Below are positions 1-14,441 of a stretch of 64,000 nt of DNA, in pieces. Under the pieces are notes generated by a model that was not told where the DNA came from, did not search any database, and worked only from the letters and a program-made list of their open reading frames with translations. Each line of letters opens with the position of its first letter. Within the stretch, counting starts at the first letter, position 1. The translations under genes were made by a program, and so were the position numbers. The stretch is from Balanoglossus misakiensis (lineage: Eukaryota; Animalia; Hemichordata): assembly GCA_040954595.2 (NCBI GenBank), contig CM082591.2:3643957-3707956 (forward strand), read 5' to 3'.

Positions 1-251
1 AGTTAGGATATTAAACTCATTAAACTTTTTTCACATTTTATAATTTTTTCTGTTAAAAAGTTTCAGAATGACCCATCATCACTGAAGCTTATGAACTCCC
101 ATTTCTTAAACATGGCAAAAATCGGCCATCTTGAAATTGTGTCGGCCATCTTGAAATTGTGTCGACCATATGAGATTTTCATCACTCACTTAGGTAGTCA
201 TTGCAGCAAGCACAGTCAGCTTTCCTCTAAAATATCATTGGATGACATTAC

Positions 252-1140
252 CTGACATTTCATGCTTCTTCAGCTGTTGTTTAACAAATTCTCTGAAATG
301 CGGCACTCCTAGATTGTGCAATGCTCTCTGCCTTTGCTTTCTCTCCTCTCGAGTCAGTTTAGCCTGGCCAAGCTTTCTCAGGTTTTCAGCTGTGATTTTG
401 AAGTCCTCGTTTTCTTCCATGTACTTCAGTGTTTCGGGAATTAGAGAGCCCTGTATACGACGAAAGGATCAATCAATCAATCAATCAACTGGTGATTTAG
501 CAGTAAAGGCAAACCCTACCAACCAAAACAGGTTGCACAACTCATAGTTTAAACCTCAAACGTCAATGTGTGATGTTTGAGGTTTAAACTATGAGTTATG
601 CAACCTGTTTTGGTTGGTGAGTAAAGGACCAACGAAAACCAACAATGCACAATCGCATATTTTGGACCTTCTATAACAAAGTGAAATTCGTCCTCAAGTA
701 AAGACACGTATGTCAGTTTCACTTTTTTATCACTGGAGCGCCTATAACTCTACATCCGATTTTAAACAGATTGTAATTTGTACGGCGTTTCATATCCCAA
801 AACTTTCGTTTATATTGGGGGATTCGGGTGAGGGGTCGCAATTAATCCAGTATTAATCCGTTTAGCCTACCTGAGCTCTTTTCTCGAGGTTCTTCAGTCC
901 AATCCATGTTGGTTCTCTACGCGGCGGGGGTTTCTCGGGTCGCTTGAGTTGGTGTTGGTGCGTGTTGACGTCGGTGTTGTAGTCTGGTAGCTGTGTACTC
1001 TTCACGGCTGCTTCGCGCATTTCGCTGGACGTGCTCAAGCGAGACGAAGCTATCGGCTGGATGAGCGACAATATGCGAGGAGTCCGACAACATATTGTCA
1101 TACTTCGCGAAACGTGTCTTTGCGTGAGAAATAACGCCAT
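252..1140 (-). CDS. First two coding exons (871-1140, 252-450) of a gene running off the left edge; transit-peptide-like N-terminus; tentatively an ArsS-like (radical SAM/Cys-rich, DUF3641-type) protein
   Basis: ATG at 1140. Arg/Ser-rich, acid-poor N-terminus (MALFLTQRHVSRSMTICCRTPRILSLIQPIASSRLS). A GT-AG intron at 451-870 joins in phase 0 to GSLIPETLKYMEENEDFKITAENLRKLGQAKLTREERKQRQRALHNLGVPHF, followed by a GT donor at 251. The family call rests on my recollection of this N-terminal segment in eukaryotic ArsS-like proteins. The CxxxCxxC motif is not in the window. Confidence 0.5.
518..618. repeat. ~100 bp near-perfect palindrome (fold-back MITE-like) in an intron
   Basis: ACCAACCAAAACAGGTTGCACAACTCATAGTTTAAACCTCAAAC pairs with GTTTGAGGTTTAAACTATGAGTTATGCAACCTGTTTTGGTTGGT with one mismatch. 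Confidence 0.85.
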
Positions 1141-1535
1141 GTTCAGTCAACGCACTGGCATGAACTTTGAAGTTACGTGACACGCATCCTTATCACGGAC
1201 TGTGCATATACAATGTGCGCCAAGCTTGGCCCAAAGGAGGAAAATATCAGTAACCTTTGGCCAATATCGGATACTATACGGTTCTTTCGTTTTTGTATTA
1301 AACGTAAACTGTCGACTGCAGTATCAAACTTTACAAGTAATTTTGAAACAAGAAATGTGGCCAATTGCAAATTTTACCTAGAAATTATTATCGGTAGGTA
1401 GTTTATTACACGTATTAATTTAGATGCAACGATCAACCAATCCAGGACTTATGCTCTGCCAATGTCTTAGTACGGAATGTAGAAGGGAAAAGGGAACGTG
1501 CGAAAGCATGGCTCTTGAGCATGCTTGTATTGTCA

Positions 1536-1551
1536 CAGCGCCCCCTAGAGG
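1536..1551 (-). promoter_or_regulatory. CTCF-consensus-like site between the Caprin 3' end and the next promoter
   Basis: Reverse strand reads CCTCTAGGGGGCGCTG, close to the CTCF core CCASYAGRKGGCRSY. Confidence 0.5.
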
Positions 1552-4500
1552 TAAACAGTAAAGAAATACCACATCTATTTGCATATGATGAATCACAACA
1601 TCTGTTTTAATATGAAGACACAGTAACCTTTTTTCTAGTGTTTGACTACAACTGTTGGCTCATTACGGCAACTGGATTAATTTTACTCGAGTTTTTGATT
1701 CATATTAAAAGGATATCTGATGTTTCCTCAACAAATAAAGTGACCATTACTTCATATTTCAAAAGGAAGAAAAAAACAAACAAGGGGTAAATGAAACAGA
1801 CCCCATTTCTTTAACAGCGGGCAGAACACACACAATTCAAATATAAATACATTTTGATGTCAAGAAAAAAAGGTACAAAATTAAGAAAATAACTGTTCTC
1901 CAAAGAAATACACTTTGAAATTGCAAAAAATGTATGTCTATCGAGGAAAAATCACTGTGGTCGATTACATCACAATGGAGAGGAAGACAGAACTGTTTTT
2001 AAGAGAAAAATAATACGCAAAGCCCAAATTCCCTTACAACCCTGTGCACTGTCATCCAGCTATCAGATCACTGGGTACACAAGTTGCCAATGTCTACTAC
2101 ACATTTTGTCCTCGAGATTTATAAATCCTCTTTTGTCAATGATCTGTCAGTAAAGTTCTCACGACAAATCAACCCCTACTTTAGATGAGCTGAACGTTTT
2201 CTTGACAAAACACAAGTATGACCTGCCCCTCTCTCTTTTTTTACTTTTTTATTGTTAATTTCTGAGAAAGAATTAAGCAGGCTTTAATACAATACACACA
2301 TCTATAGAAAGGTGCCAAAACATTGGAAATGTACAAGAAGATAGGCGACCTGTTTCACCCTGCACATGTAAGTGGAATCGCCCAGCTCCTTTGAAACTGG
2401 TTCAGACCATTTCGACAAACAGGGTAAGATAAAGGAATGATGTACAATGTCAAGTCTGCAAATCACTGAGCCATGACATTGAAATGCTCATGGCCAAGTC
2501 TTTTATTTTTCTTCTTTGAACAACATGTTTTTGCTAATACCAAGCAACAATCTCTGATTATGACACATCACTTCTATTTTATACTTATGTAGGTTCATTA
2601 CAGAGACTTGCTACTTCCCTAAATACATACATTTTATAACATGTTATGTAGCTACCCCCCTCCCCTCCCACTGCTTCCCTCCCTATCTCTTCCCCCTTAC
2701 AACTCCAAAGAGGGGACTCGCTCAACCCTCTTTCATTACCAGTTCTGCTTCGTCGAAAGACACTCTCAACTTTACTTTTTTAAGCTTTTTTCCTCTTACA
2801 CAAATCTGGAACACAGATTTGGGTTCATAAGTTTACAAGTTGTTAGTTCTTTTTTTCAACTTTTTTTTTCTAGTTTTATAGTTTACAGTTGCACTAAGAA
2901 TCAGTGCAGATTTTTGTTCAGAGCACACTGCACTTGCATTAATGAATATACAAGCTCACATCAAACGCTAGTCAGCCATGGAAAAAAATCCCACTGTAAA
3001 CTTTCATAATGCCTTTGCTTTTTTTTTTCGTTTACATTATAAACTAATTATTAATTTCAAATTACAATGCCTCAAGTTCGTATCCCAGGTAAGATGGATT
3101 AGGCATTGGGTTAGACTGAATATGTTGCAGAATTAATACTATACAAGGTTGTCATGAGTTTACTTTTGCCAAAAATTGATAAAACAAGAGCTTCGGGTTC
3201 TATAGCTTTGCGTGTGAGACTGATTGTGCCAACAATTGAAATTTCAATCAGTAATTAGTCTGTGAATTGTTACTTTTCAAAAAAGGATTTGCGGAGCTAT
3301 TTTTCACTGACGCCACAATTGCGCATGTAACTGGCGAGTATATGTACAAGAACTTTAAGTTTGCTCTGGTTGCATTACTATGATCTGGACCAAGTTGGCT
3401 TTACTATTAGACATATGCACTTTTGTGTCCAAACTAAGGGGCCCTTTCTCAACACAGGTGCAACAGTCTGTCCTGTAGTTTGCTACAAAGTACCTCAGAA
3501 GTTTAACATATGAAAACAAAGTGCAACAGTCATGTGTAATTTGTTACAACGTACCTCAAAGGTTTCACTAAATGATACAAAGTTGCAACTTCCTAGTCCC
3601 CTTTTTTTAAACAATGGAAACATAGTTGCAACTTGTTACAGAGAATCTCAAATCTTGCCTTTGCCTCAGACAATGTAGCTAAGTTACAATTTGCATTCAA
3701 ATGTAACTTGTTAGACATTAACATCTGGTGCTTGTGTGAGTCAACCATCTCAGAGAATTATATAGTGATAATATACAAAGAAGTATTGCTCTGGTGTTCT
3801 GCAGGATAATGGTATTAAACATTACCACAAAACCCTCCCCCGCTTCCCCACACAGGAAATCTAAAGTCATCTCAACCACAAGTGAAATAGTCCGCTGAGT
3901 ACAGACATCTTGAAATGTGTGAAAATCAACTTCATCATCTTGACCAGTTGTTATATTACAGGTTGAAATACACAAAGCAAATATACAAAACAATTCATGA
4001 AAGTAGTAAAAATAAGAGTCAATTTGAGAGAAGTGTTAGCTTGCAAACAGTGATCAATTCTATACTGAAAGCTCACAACATAAGTTTCACTTGACTTAAG
4101 CTTAGCACCGCATCCATTGTTTTTGTTCCCGACATTAAAATAACGAATTATGAGTTGTTTAGAAATGATTTATACTGTTGGCAATTTTCATTTTATGAAC
4201 ATTATCCGCAAGTGCATGTGATTATATAAGAAAACGTTGAGAATGATCTTTCTTTCCATATGACAAAATTTGCTATATGTAAACAAACTTACACTTTGGT
4301 CCGGTGTCTGAAATTGTTTGCACCCCTAATTCCCTGACATGGAATAACCCACTAGGAGATAAATTTTAAGATCATTCCAACACAGGTAAAGCCTATGGGT
4401 AGGGCTAACTTGGGAGTAAGTGCAAGTGTCAATGTACAATGCAGCGAGAAACTTGAAAAGCTGACATACACTACAAACAGATCTTGTGGATAATCCCCTT

Positions 4501-5382
4501 TGGCTCCACATGCAACAAAACATGAAATTGCACACCCCTAATTTCTCAGTGGACAAGTCCAATGCTACTACTGTAAGCAATGGGAGTGGGACAAAACCAT
4601 GTTGGTTGCAGGGTTGAAATCTCAACTTGTGGTGCTCGGGTCTGTTTGTGTTCTGTGCACATAAGGTGGCTAATTTCATATTAACTTTTGAATGGTTCTT
4701 AGCACAATGGCAGAAAACAAATCTTTAACACAGTCTGGTTGAATAGGACAGGCACAATGGCTTGCAATGTACAAAGTGCTCTATTCCAATAAGTGGCGAC
4801 TTAACTTGGTGAATGGTTTTATTACAAACCCAAGTGCAAGTATTCCATGGTAGCTAGCACCTTTTGGGGGAATTTGCCACATATATAGGGATAGTGTACA
4901 CTTTTTCATTGGATAATCTTTTTGCTACATGTCACATTCCTGAAACCATGCAGTGTGCAATGTTGAAAAATTCGGATGCGAGACCAGGGGCAAAATAATG
5001 GGAAAAAAAATAATTAACAAACAGGAAACCTAGTATCTCTTCCTGGTAAAAAATTATCTTCAAAATGACATCAACACTGGTAAGTGCAAATAATGTTACT
5101 TTGTCTATTCAATACATGTCTACAGTCACTGTCGTGTGATCAGGAATTGGAGTCCATCTCTCTGCCTCACCCCCTTCTCTCCATCCTAATGGAATATCCC
5201 GACTGTTCAAAATGGATCAATCCATTACAATAAGGGGGGCACACACAAGTCCTGCATCACTGATTGACAGACACAAGTCCATTGATTGCACTTGCTAACG
5301 TTTCCATATTCATTTTCCGTGGTCAAGGCCGTTGCATAAGTTGTCTTCCGAAAGTATCCGTTCGGTTTTGTGGTCCTTTTTA

Positions 5383-8300
5383 TTAGGCAGTCACTGGAGT
5401 TTGGTTCGGTTTGGGGAAACCTCCTCGCCCTCTGTTGTTTCCTCCGCGAGGAGCAGTACCACGGCCTGCAGACACAAAGAATTCAAAACTTAACTGGTAT
5501 AACCAATACGGCAAGTGCACTTACAGGTATACAGTCATCTACATGCAAATATATGCAAATGTATGTAAATCCATGCAAATGTATGCAAATCCAACCATCA
5601 CGGCAAAAAACACTGACTGACACGCTGCAATCCACAGGCATAGTTTATCACACAATAAACTAACAAGTGAAATTGAAAAGTGTTGTGTGCTGTGAATTCT
5701 TGCAGTAATAAAGGTCACCCACCTCCTCTGGGGGCTCCCCCACGCGGGGGGACCCCACCACTCCCGCCCCTCTTGTAGCTGCTTTGCGAGAATCCTGGTC
5801 CGTACTGACGACTGTCCTGTGGCATATAGCTTGACTGGTAGTCCCTGGGCTGGTACGATTGTGAGTAGCCTCCTGTAATAAATGAAGGGGGACGCAAAAC
5901 GTAAGAAATCTGGCACCCGTTTCGAGTCTGAGAAGTGACTGTTAAAAATCTGCCAGGAGAATAAGGCAAAGCTATTACTAAACAAGCCAAGTATGGCAGG
6001 CGCAGGAATGGGCCATATATTTTGTTTTTATTACACAAGTGTCTTCATTCAACCTAGAGAGTGTCGGCCCAATGCTATTCCATTGCTCTGGAAAGAACTC
6101 TGGAATGACCCATGCATGGACAACTGTTATTAATAGATAATTCAGAGATGGTGACTGAATTGTAAAAGTCAAAAGGAAGACAGAACCATCATATATGGGT
6201 AAATGTAAGCCAGCTAACAGCAACTACACTTTCCACATTTTCCCTTCAGCCTACCCGCAATGTCCTTCACTCTCACAGAGATTCCCACCCCAAAACTGTG
6301 GACCTATCTATTCTACAGCGGTATGTAAAGACCACGCCCCAAAATGGTTGCCCTCCCTACTTCAGAACGTCATGTACCAGAAATAGAGGGCAGCACTTTG
6401 CTTATGTCAATATCTACCACACGGCACGATATACGATACAATCTCACCCCTATATGACGGTGATGGAAACCGACCATTACGTGTATTGAAGGGTGGCCGA
6501 CCGCCGCCACCACGGTAACTGCTTCCCCCGGCTCCACGGGTACCGCCACGCCCTCGTCCGTTGCCGCGACCGGCCGAGGTCGGTCTCTGGTAGCTGCCTG
6601 GTTGTCCCATGCCTGGATGCTGGTGCGGGTAACTGCCGGGCGCTGAATGTAAAAAAAAACAAGGTGATACACGCAAGTTTTTGATGTGGACGGACATACA
6701 GACATACATCCATACATACATCCATACATACAGACGCAACCGATCCCATAGGCTCCCATGGTACATACCAATTGGACCCAATCAACAATTTAACAACAAT
6801 GATTGATTTTCTGCTTATAGCAGATTCCTTTTACCCTCTCTCGTTCCCCCTCCATTTCTCTCTCTAGAACTGCAACCTTTACTAAACAATATTAACAACA
6901 ATGATTGATTTTCTGTCTGTAGCAGATTCCTTTTACCCCTCTCGTTCCCCCTCCATTTCTCTCTTTAGAAGTGCAACCTTTACCAAACAATGTATTTGGC
7001 CAGAACCATGATGGTGAACGGGTTGAAACGTCGCCATGGGAACTCACCATGAGCCTCCGTCGACTGCACGGTCATCTGCGCGTCGTGCGCCGACTGCGTC
7101 TCCTGCAGCGTGGGCGGCTGCGAGTAATACTGTGTCTCCGCCTGCTGCAGGCCCTGATCGGCAAACTCCAGCTGCTGCGACGTCACGATCTGCGCCTGCG
7201 ACGTGGGCTGCATGTAGCTGGCCTGTTGCCGCATGTAGTTCATGGACTGGAACGGCGGCGCGTTCACGTTGATCTGGCTGGACTTGGGCGGGGCCGGCTG
7301 CGGCTGCTCTTGCGGCGTCTGCGACTGTTCGTGTGACAGTGTCATGGTCTGGCTGGGGTCAGAGGTCGTGGGGGCCATACTCGACGGGTTCTGGACTGAC
7401 GAGAGCTGCGTTGACAACGTTTCGCTAAGTTGACTCGATTCGCTGAGCTGGCTGGGACCTGCAGAAATGAAACAAGACAAGTTACACAGATGAGAACACA
7501 ATTATAACTCGCAACTTGACATTATATTATAGGTAATGCAAAACAAGATGGCATCTCTGCCGGGAAAATTAAATGTGATTGCCAGTCACGTGAATTCCAT
7601 AAACAACAGTATTTGGTTGTCTGCACCAAGTAAGTGCCATGCCAGAGCTCTTGTTTTTACTCACCTATTAAACACAAACATTAATTCGTGTATTGTAAGT
7701 CTGTTATAAACTAAGGAACTCACCTGTCATCGACTGTGGGGGCAGTGTTTGCGACATGTGAGACGCGGCCGACATCTGGCTGTCTGTGCTACTGAGCGGG
7801 ACCGTCTGCGACGAGACGAGTGACTGTTGTCCGAGCATGGGCGGCGTGCCCAGCCCCGTGGCCGCGCCCAAATTCGAATGCTGCTGCTGCGACGACGCAC
7901 CCTGCTCCGACGGCGCGCCGGCGTACTGCTCCTGCGCCAGCGACTGCGGCGGTAAATTCGAGGACCTCATGACCGACTCTAAGGCGCTGGTCGTCTGCTG
8001 CGTTAACTGTTCGATCGACGGTTGATGTGAGAGCTGTTCAAGGGTTGTGTGTGCTGTTGGGTCTGCAATACCAATAACACATTATGATTTTATTATTATA
8101 TAAGTTATCCCATTCACAAACAACCGAAAACAGAAGCGGGGTCTGTATCATAGTATGAACCAAATCGCACAATAAATTTTGAAGTTCTTCAGGCACTCTG
8201 CATAGTGGCGTATAATGGAGAACGCCTACAATAATAGATATATTTTTGTCGACAGTTATACAGAACTTCCTTCATACATCCATACATACATCCATCCATA

Positions 8301-11300
8301 CATACAGACGCAACCCATCCCATAAGGTCCCATGGTATATATACCTATACAAATGGGACCTAAAAATTTATGTTTTTCTTTGACCTTTGAACTCACCTTG
8401 TGATGACTGTGGTATTGCTGATGCTGTGCTCTGTTGTGGAGGTGGTAGAAGTGGCTGTGAAACCGCGACAACTGCAGGGTCCATGTGTGGTGCTGTGAGG
8501 GGAAATAACGCGCATATCGATGTCAGATGGGGTCATAGGTCGTGGGAGGTCAAGGTTCAAAAAGAGTCATTAAAGGGAAAGTTCACCACAGTTGGAAACT
8601 TACACTGGAAATCGATCATGGACTCCTGCATGAAGTTGAAATCTCCCTGGACTGCGGCTAGTACTTCGCTGACATCTCTCTGTGGTTTGTGTGTGGGTAG
8701 CATAGATTCGGACATGAGTGGGCCGTTGGACGACGACAACATGGCTGGCTCTTCCGTCGATGTTGGGGGCAGCTCTGGAGGCAGAGACGACGCAACCTGC
8801 AAATGCAACACATCTAGTTTAGTTTCTTTCAATCAAAGCATGTTGTAACATTATAGCTGAAAAATGCAGACAACAGAAATTACTGCAGGTCGTCATTTGG
8901 ACATGAAGGACATTTAAAAATTTTGTAATTTATCAGTGAGAGAAGCCATGGGTGGGCTCAAACATGTACAATTGAACAGTAAGGGAATTTCTTTGTTTTT
9001 CACCTGTGACTATGTGAGTACATGTACGCCACATATTGGTCACAAAGACTCAACTGACCTATCAACTGGGAGATAGCATAGAACCAGCTTAGCAAAACAA
9101 CAGCGAAAAAGGCCAATCTGAATCTCTGTATGCAGAAAATACAGTAAACAGTGTACACACCTCAGGGGCGTCGGCTGGTGGAACCTCATCAGACTCCACA
9201 ACCACATATTCTTCAGTTTCCTTCGTTGTTTCCTCTGCTTCTGCTGAAGAAGAAAAAAAAAAGATTTCTCGATCAGATTCCTGGTCAAAATACACCCTCG
9301 GTTTATTTCCATGATCTCATCCAGTGTTTTTGTTAAAGGTGGTACCTAGGTAAAATCTACCCAGTCATTTTACCGGGGTTCCCCTGGGTGTATCAATGTA
9401 GTTATATTAGGGGGTTGTAGAAATGTTACCGGGGTTCCCAAATCCATTACCAATGTTCCCCAACCTTAGCAAAAACACTGTCATCTATCTGCATATGAAC
9501 AGAACAGGAGTTGTACATGTATGAAAAGGACACTGTCTGCTACTGACTTGGCACTGTCAGGGTTAACTGATCAATAATATCAGGACACTACCTTCTTCGG
9601 GTTCGGCTTCTGTATCTCCGTTCTCCGAATGCGACGGGATGTTTTCAAGGTAACCACATTCTATCACCCGGTCGACTACATCCTTCAGTCCCTTGTCTGA
9701 TATCATTCTGTCAAGGAATCCCACACACCTAAAGAGTACTATTACTACGTCTGCTGAAGTTTGAAAATGTTTACAACCTCATAGATAATGCAGCATTTCT
9801 GTACGGCAAATTGTCCTGCTAAAATATGGCTCACACTAATAACATATTCAATATGCCAACTTTTGTTCATATTTCTTTTCTTTTTTCTTCAAGGATACAA
9901 GTTGTTCCGCACACTTCCTTTGGCTTGGCGTCCAGGAAGCTCAGAAGGTGTTCACTAGCAGCAGTCTGCTTCTCAGAGAAACTGAAAAGAAAACAATAAG
10001 ATTTAGAAAAACTGCAAATTTTGCACGAAAGGGAGACTGAGTAGACCTCGACCATTATTGGACCAAACCACGGTGGTGAAAAGGGTAAACATGAACATTT
10101 GCGGACAAACTTTACCTCTGCGTTTCTTCCCCTTCCTCCGTCTCTCTCGTCGGAGACACCAGCTTGTAGAAATCGTCCAGTTGCTTCAGCTCTTCCTCGG
10201 ACAGCTCCACCGCTCCGTGGCCGCCCTCGGCGAAGTCTTTCCGGATGCTCTCCGATCCCAGCTGCTCCAAGACGTCCTGCAGCTCTAACACCGACTTGAT
10301 TCTCTTCTGTTCGTGTTCAAGTCGATGCAACTGCTCCCGCTTGGCAACTTTCTTCTGTTGCTTCATGCCCTGGTGAAACCACAAACAAAAAATCATCATT
10401 TCGGGGGAAATGTGTAAAATTGTGGCATGAAATACAAACATTACTCATGCGCTGAACATTAATCCTGCTCATGTTACAAAACGGCATTCGGAAGCCACAC
10501 TCTCACGATGTTGAACATGGAGACTATTTCAATTTTTTTCGAAATTCGCAAAAAACTACACGTACATCCTGGATAATGCCCTGGAACTGTTTCACCAAGT
10601 CTTTTGCAAACTCCAAATTGCTGACGACTTCATCAAACTTGGCGATGGCGTCGCGTTGGTCTTTGTTCAACTCTTGACCCGCATCGACCATAACCTTGTA
10701 CGCATCTAACTTCCCCTGTGTATTGAAATTAAAAAAAAATGTTGATTAATAATCCTCGCACTTATCCACTTACAGTATCTAGTTGTTTCTCATACTGCAG
10801 TCCCTGACCACGGTAACTGTAACCTGACATTGAAATACATCAGTGCATCACTAGTCACAACACGTACAATAATTACGACTTTTCAGCCATGGCAGTTTGT
10901 CACCAAAACAACAATGCCAGCAGCATGTGTTCTATCCAGGAATTTCTGGCACAATATTGGCCACATGCAAGTTGCATAATAATGCAATTGTTATGATAAT
11001 TGGGGTTTCTATTGTTTTCCTTAAATTAACAGCTGGTCCTCTGTGATTGATTGCTCTGTGGAGAATACAGCAGTGATTATTTGAGGACAATCACACAAAT
11101 GCATTAGTTAAATTTTCTACCAAGTGTCAAGTTTAAGACTTCCTGTGCTGTCTATACAGATACTGGCAGCAAATTCCCTAAGCCTCATGATATGTACACT
11201 GCAGTTGTATTTGAACATATTCTGTTAAGAACTATTCGAACCAGTCTACAAACATGTAGGGAGAGACCGCTGTCCTAGCCAAGGACGTGTGTAGGCTTTG

Positions 11301-12425
11301 GAATTTTTTAGAAATGCTTGCCAAAATATTTCAAATAAATATGGGTGTGCAATACTAGGTAGGTGGCCGCGTTACTAATACAAATGTAGCCTTGAGATTG
11401 CGACATAACACAAACGTTTTTTTATTACACCACTACCATAACCTAAACATACTTCAAGGTCATTTAATGGGATTAAACTACTTCTCTCTGGCCCCAGATG
11501 ACTTTAAATTATTTCTGATGCTTGTAAATTTGGCATGACTGGACATGTTTGGTGGGTTGTGTATGGAAATTGACATGCAATCAATTTCACCCTTACAACA
11601 AAGACTAGGCCAACTAAACTCAATGAATTACACACGAAATCACCAGCACACAAGTCGGTATTGGATCATATGAAAGTTCTGAAGGCTGAGAAAGACGACG
11701 TGTATCCTATTTCATGACGGGAGCGGGTGTCTCTCTCAAATAACTTGACAAGTTTCGGATCTGCCCATTAAAAATTGTACAGAGCGACGCAATCAAATGA
11801 GCACAGAAGACATTCAATATCAGCTCGAAAACGGCAACTGAGCAAGCGCAGATCGCTTAAACCGCAAACCTAACGGGTGTTAAAATAACCCTTCTTTAAA
11901 TGAACTCTCTAGATTACATAGGTTTGCAGTAGTTTGTCGATTATCCAACAGAACATGAGCATTGGATTTGGCGTATCAGCAGAACATGCTACCTTTGGTC
12001 GCCATCTTGGATTCCCTATTTTCCTTCGACCTTGTGGACGGTCATGACGTTTTTCATTGACATTTGGTGTTTTGGAGGACAAAGAAGCGACCTATCGATG
12101 TTTCGACGTTCAGTCGACACGGTACAAACTAGTGATTTTGGAAATATTAGTCAAGAGAGCTCCAAAGGCCCAGTGACAACCGAAACTCACGCACATGGCG
12201 TGACGGTGACGCAAACTTCCTTGTATGGCAATGGACACACACAACCCGGCATATTTTCCCCCTAAACTCTCACCCTTTTTACACCCGCTAATACGAGGTA
12301 TACATCACCTTTCTCTTCTCCAGGTTACGGATCTTCTTCTCAATAACGGCAAGAGACTGACGCATGGCGTCAGTCCCCTCCGCGCTGGAGGTTTGAGAGG
12401 CTTGTTTCGACGAAGCAGAAGGCAT
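5383..12425 (-). CDS. CAPRIN1: Caprin-1-like RNA granule protein (multi-exon)
   Basis: Exon 12309-12425 (MPSASSKQ...VIEKKIRNLEKRK), 10566-10715 (GKLDAYK...ELNKDQRDAIAKFDEVVSNLEFAKDL), 10116-10369, 9899-9981, 9592-9696, then further Q/P/S-rich exons. G3BP-binding-like motif QGDFNFMQES near 8620-8650. RGG-rich final exons. Stop TAA at 5383-5385. GT-AG junctions checked in phase for the first five exons. Confidence 0.93.
6672..6781 (-). mobile_element. Non-autonomous Helentron/DINE-like repeat, copy 1 of 3
   Basis: Terminal stem-loop followed by a (GTAT/GGAT/GTCC)n microsatellite; shared with 8272-8366 and 19651-19821. Confidence 0.55.
6784..6992. repeat. ~103 bp tandem duplication in a Caprin intron
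   Basis: Two copies of AACAACAATGATTGATTTTCTG...GCAGATTCCTTTTACCC...TAGAA(C/G)TGCAACCTTTAC. Confidence 0.85.
8272..8366 (-). mobile_element. Helentron/DINE-like repeat, copy 2
   Basis: AGGTCCCAT...ATGGGACCT 9-bp stem next to a CATAC/CATCC microsatellite and CAGACGCAACC. Confidence 0.55.
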
Positions 12426-14161
12426 GATTTGGGTAAAATAGGAAAACCGAACAACTGAAAAAATGATTCACGTGGTGTCCTTTAATGCTACCTCATACCC
12501 AACTTAGTGAAAACTACCCACAATGCTTTGCGCAAAGCATCATATATCATTCGACAAAACATCCCGTTTATGTTGTTTCTCCGGGTTTATTTTCTTTGAA
12601 ATACTTCAACCGATCTTATCGGTGCCAACAGAGCTTCTTAAATATGTTTTTATTCACGTCACTACGACTTTCTTAACTTTGTGCTTGGTGATGGGAGGTA
12701 AGAGACAGTCGGGCAGCAATGACGTCATTTCCTAGTCAAGGTTGTCACTTGCGTAGCGCCAATCCCAACGACTGATGACCGGAGCTGAGACCGCCTGTCA
12801 CGTCAAACTGAGTTCACAATAACGGGTCAGTTGACCCAGTCTTTATAATAAATCTTTGTTGCGCTTGCTTTTCTGTTGAATTTTGTCCAGGACAAATGAA
12901 CGACTCTGTTCAGGCTGCAGTTGATGCGCGTCTAGAACTTGTGCCCCATGCGCGAAAAACTTTTTGATGGTTATACAAACTCCAAGTTTAACTTGAGGGA
13001 CACGCAAAAGTCACAGTGGTTTTAAACAATATCATATTATAATTCAATAGCTGTTGTATACTGTCGTGCTGCCTTTTTCTTTTGAATTTTACCGGCCGCA
13101 AAATCACAATTTACTGCCGATCCGCATTTTTGTAAAACGTCTTTTCCAGATCCATGAAAGTTATCCGCTGAAAGTACACACACACACATCTGCGCAGTGT
13201 CATTCGAAAGCAAATTTATTTACTTTATATTTTAAGCTATTGGAACAATCGATGTGGGCCTATATTCACAAACGTTTTTTTCTATTAAACCTACACGTTT
13301 TTTTCTTGAAGAAAAATACCCCATTGGTTTGTCGCACACTACTTTGGAATTCTAACACACCTAGGCAGCATTTCAAACCGACTCGGACTCCTTAGCCAGG
13401 TTAGAATTACGCATGATGGGGGGGGGGGAGAGTTTGCGTACAAGCTTCGGACAAAAGAAAAACAAGCAACAAAGTGGTTTATTAATGACAGCAGTGATGC
13501 TGGCAGTGAACTAGCCCAATCTTTATTTCTTCAATATCATTTTCAATTGAACAGTCAATCAATCAGCTCTACTCGAGAGGGCAGCACCAAGAAACAGACA
13601 CACGAACATTTTTTACACCAAATTTACATTTCGGAAAAAGTTCTGTGTTGCACAGAAATACATAACTCATAAAACAACAATCGATTAAAAATTGTTAAAT
13701 GTATAACTTAAAAAAAACTTGGATGTTGTTGACATGGTCCGTTCGATATTTGTCAATTCACACCAGTGCAGTGGTGTACGTCAACCCTTTGTCCAAAAAT
13801 GGACACTGTTGTTTATCAGAGAAAGAAGTAAAACGGGTGGGGGAGGGGGGGAATAAAACGGTGGGATCGACTATGAGTTGTCTAGGGCTACTGAGGCCCA
13901 GCCAGCTGCTGATGGCAATATTAACCACAGCAATGCAAAGTCAGCAATGGCAGACGACGTCGGTGCTTGAAAATAAATCGTACGACCAGAAATGCATGAT
14001 CAGAGTCAAGATATGAATTAAGGTTTCAACAGACTGGAGGAATGATCTTGTGAACACAACAAATGCTATTTAACTATTCTGCAACACAATTAGCAATGCT
14101 AAATTGCCTAAACTGAGATATTACAGATTGCCTGGGCAAAAGCGTCACATGATTGATTCAA

Positions 14162-14247
14162 CCCTTCCACCACAATGGTTCAGTCCAAATCCATTGTTTT
14201 CTATGGTAAGGCTGGACCTCTAAATAGTGAACTGGGGGGTGAAAGGG
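14162..14247. mobile_element. ~86 bp piggyBac-type MITE (CCCT...AGGG ends)
   Basis: Same sequence as 22520-22604 and, reversed, 29269-29353; flanked by TTAA-like tetramers. Confidence 0.75.
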
Positions 14248-14441
14248 TTGAATTTTCCTGTAAATCCGAGTGATTCCCTGCCATCGAAAAAGAGACAAAG
14301 TTCTCTTGATTCATCATCAACAGTAAAATTGCAACATTTTCAAAACTACAATACACAAGTATTTCAGTTAATGCTTTGAAGTTGTAAAATCGACAATTTC
14401 TTTCACAAGAAAAAAACTCTTTAAAAATTTACATCTTTTAG

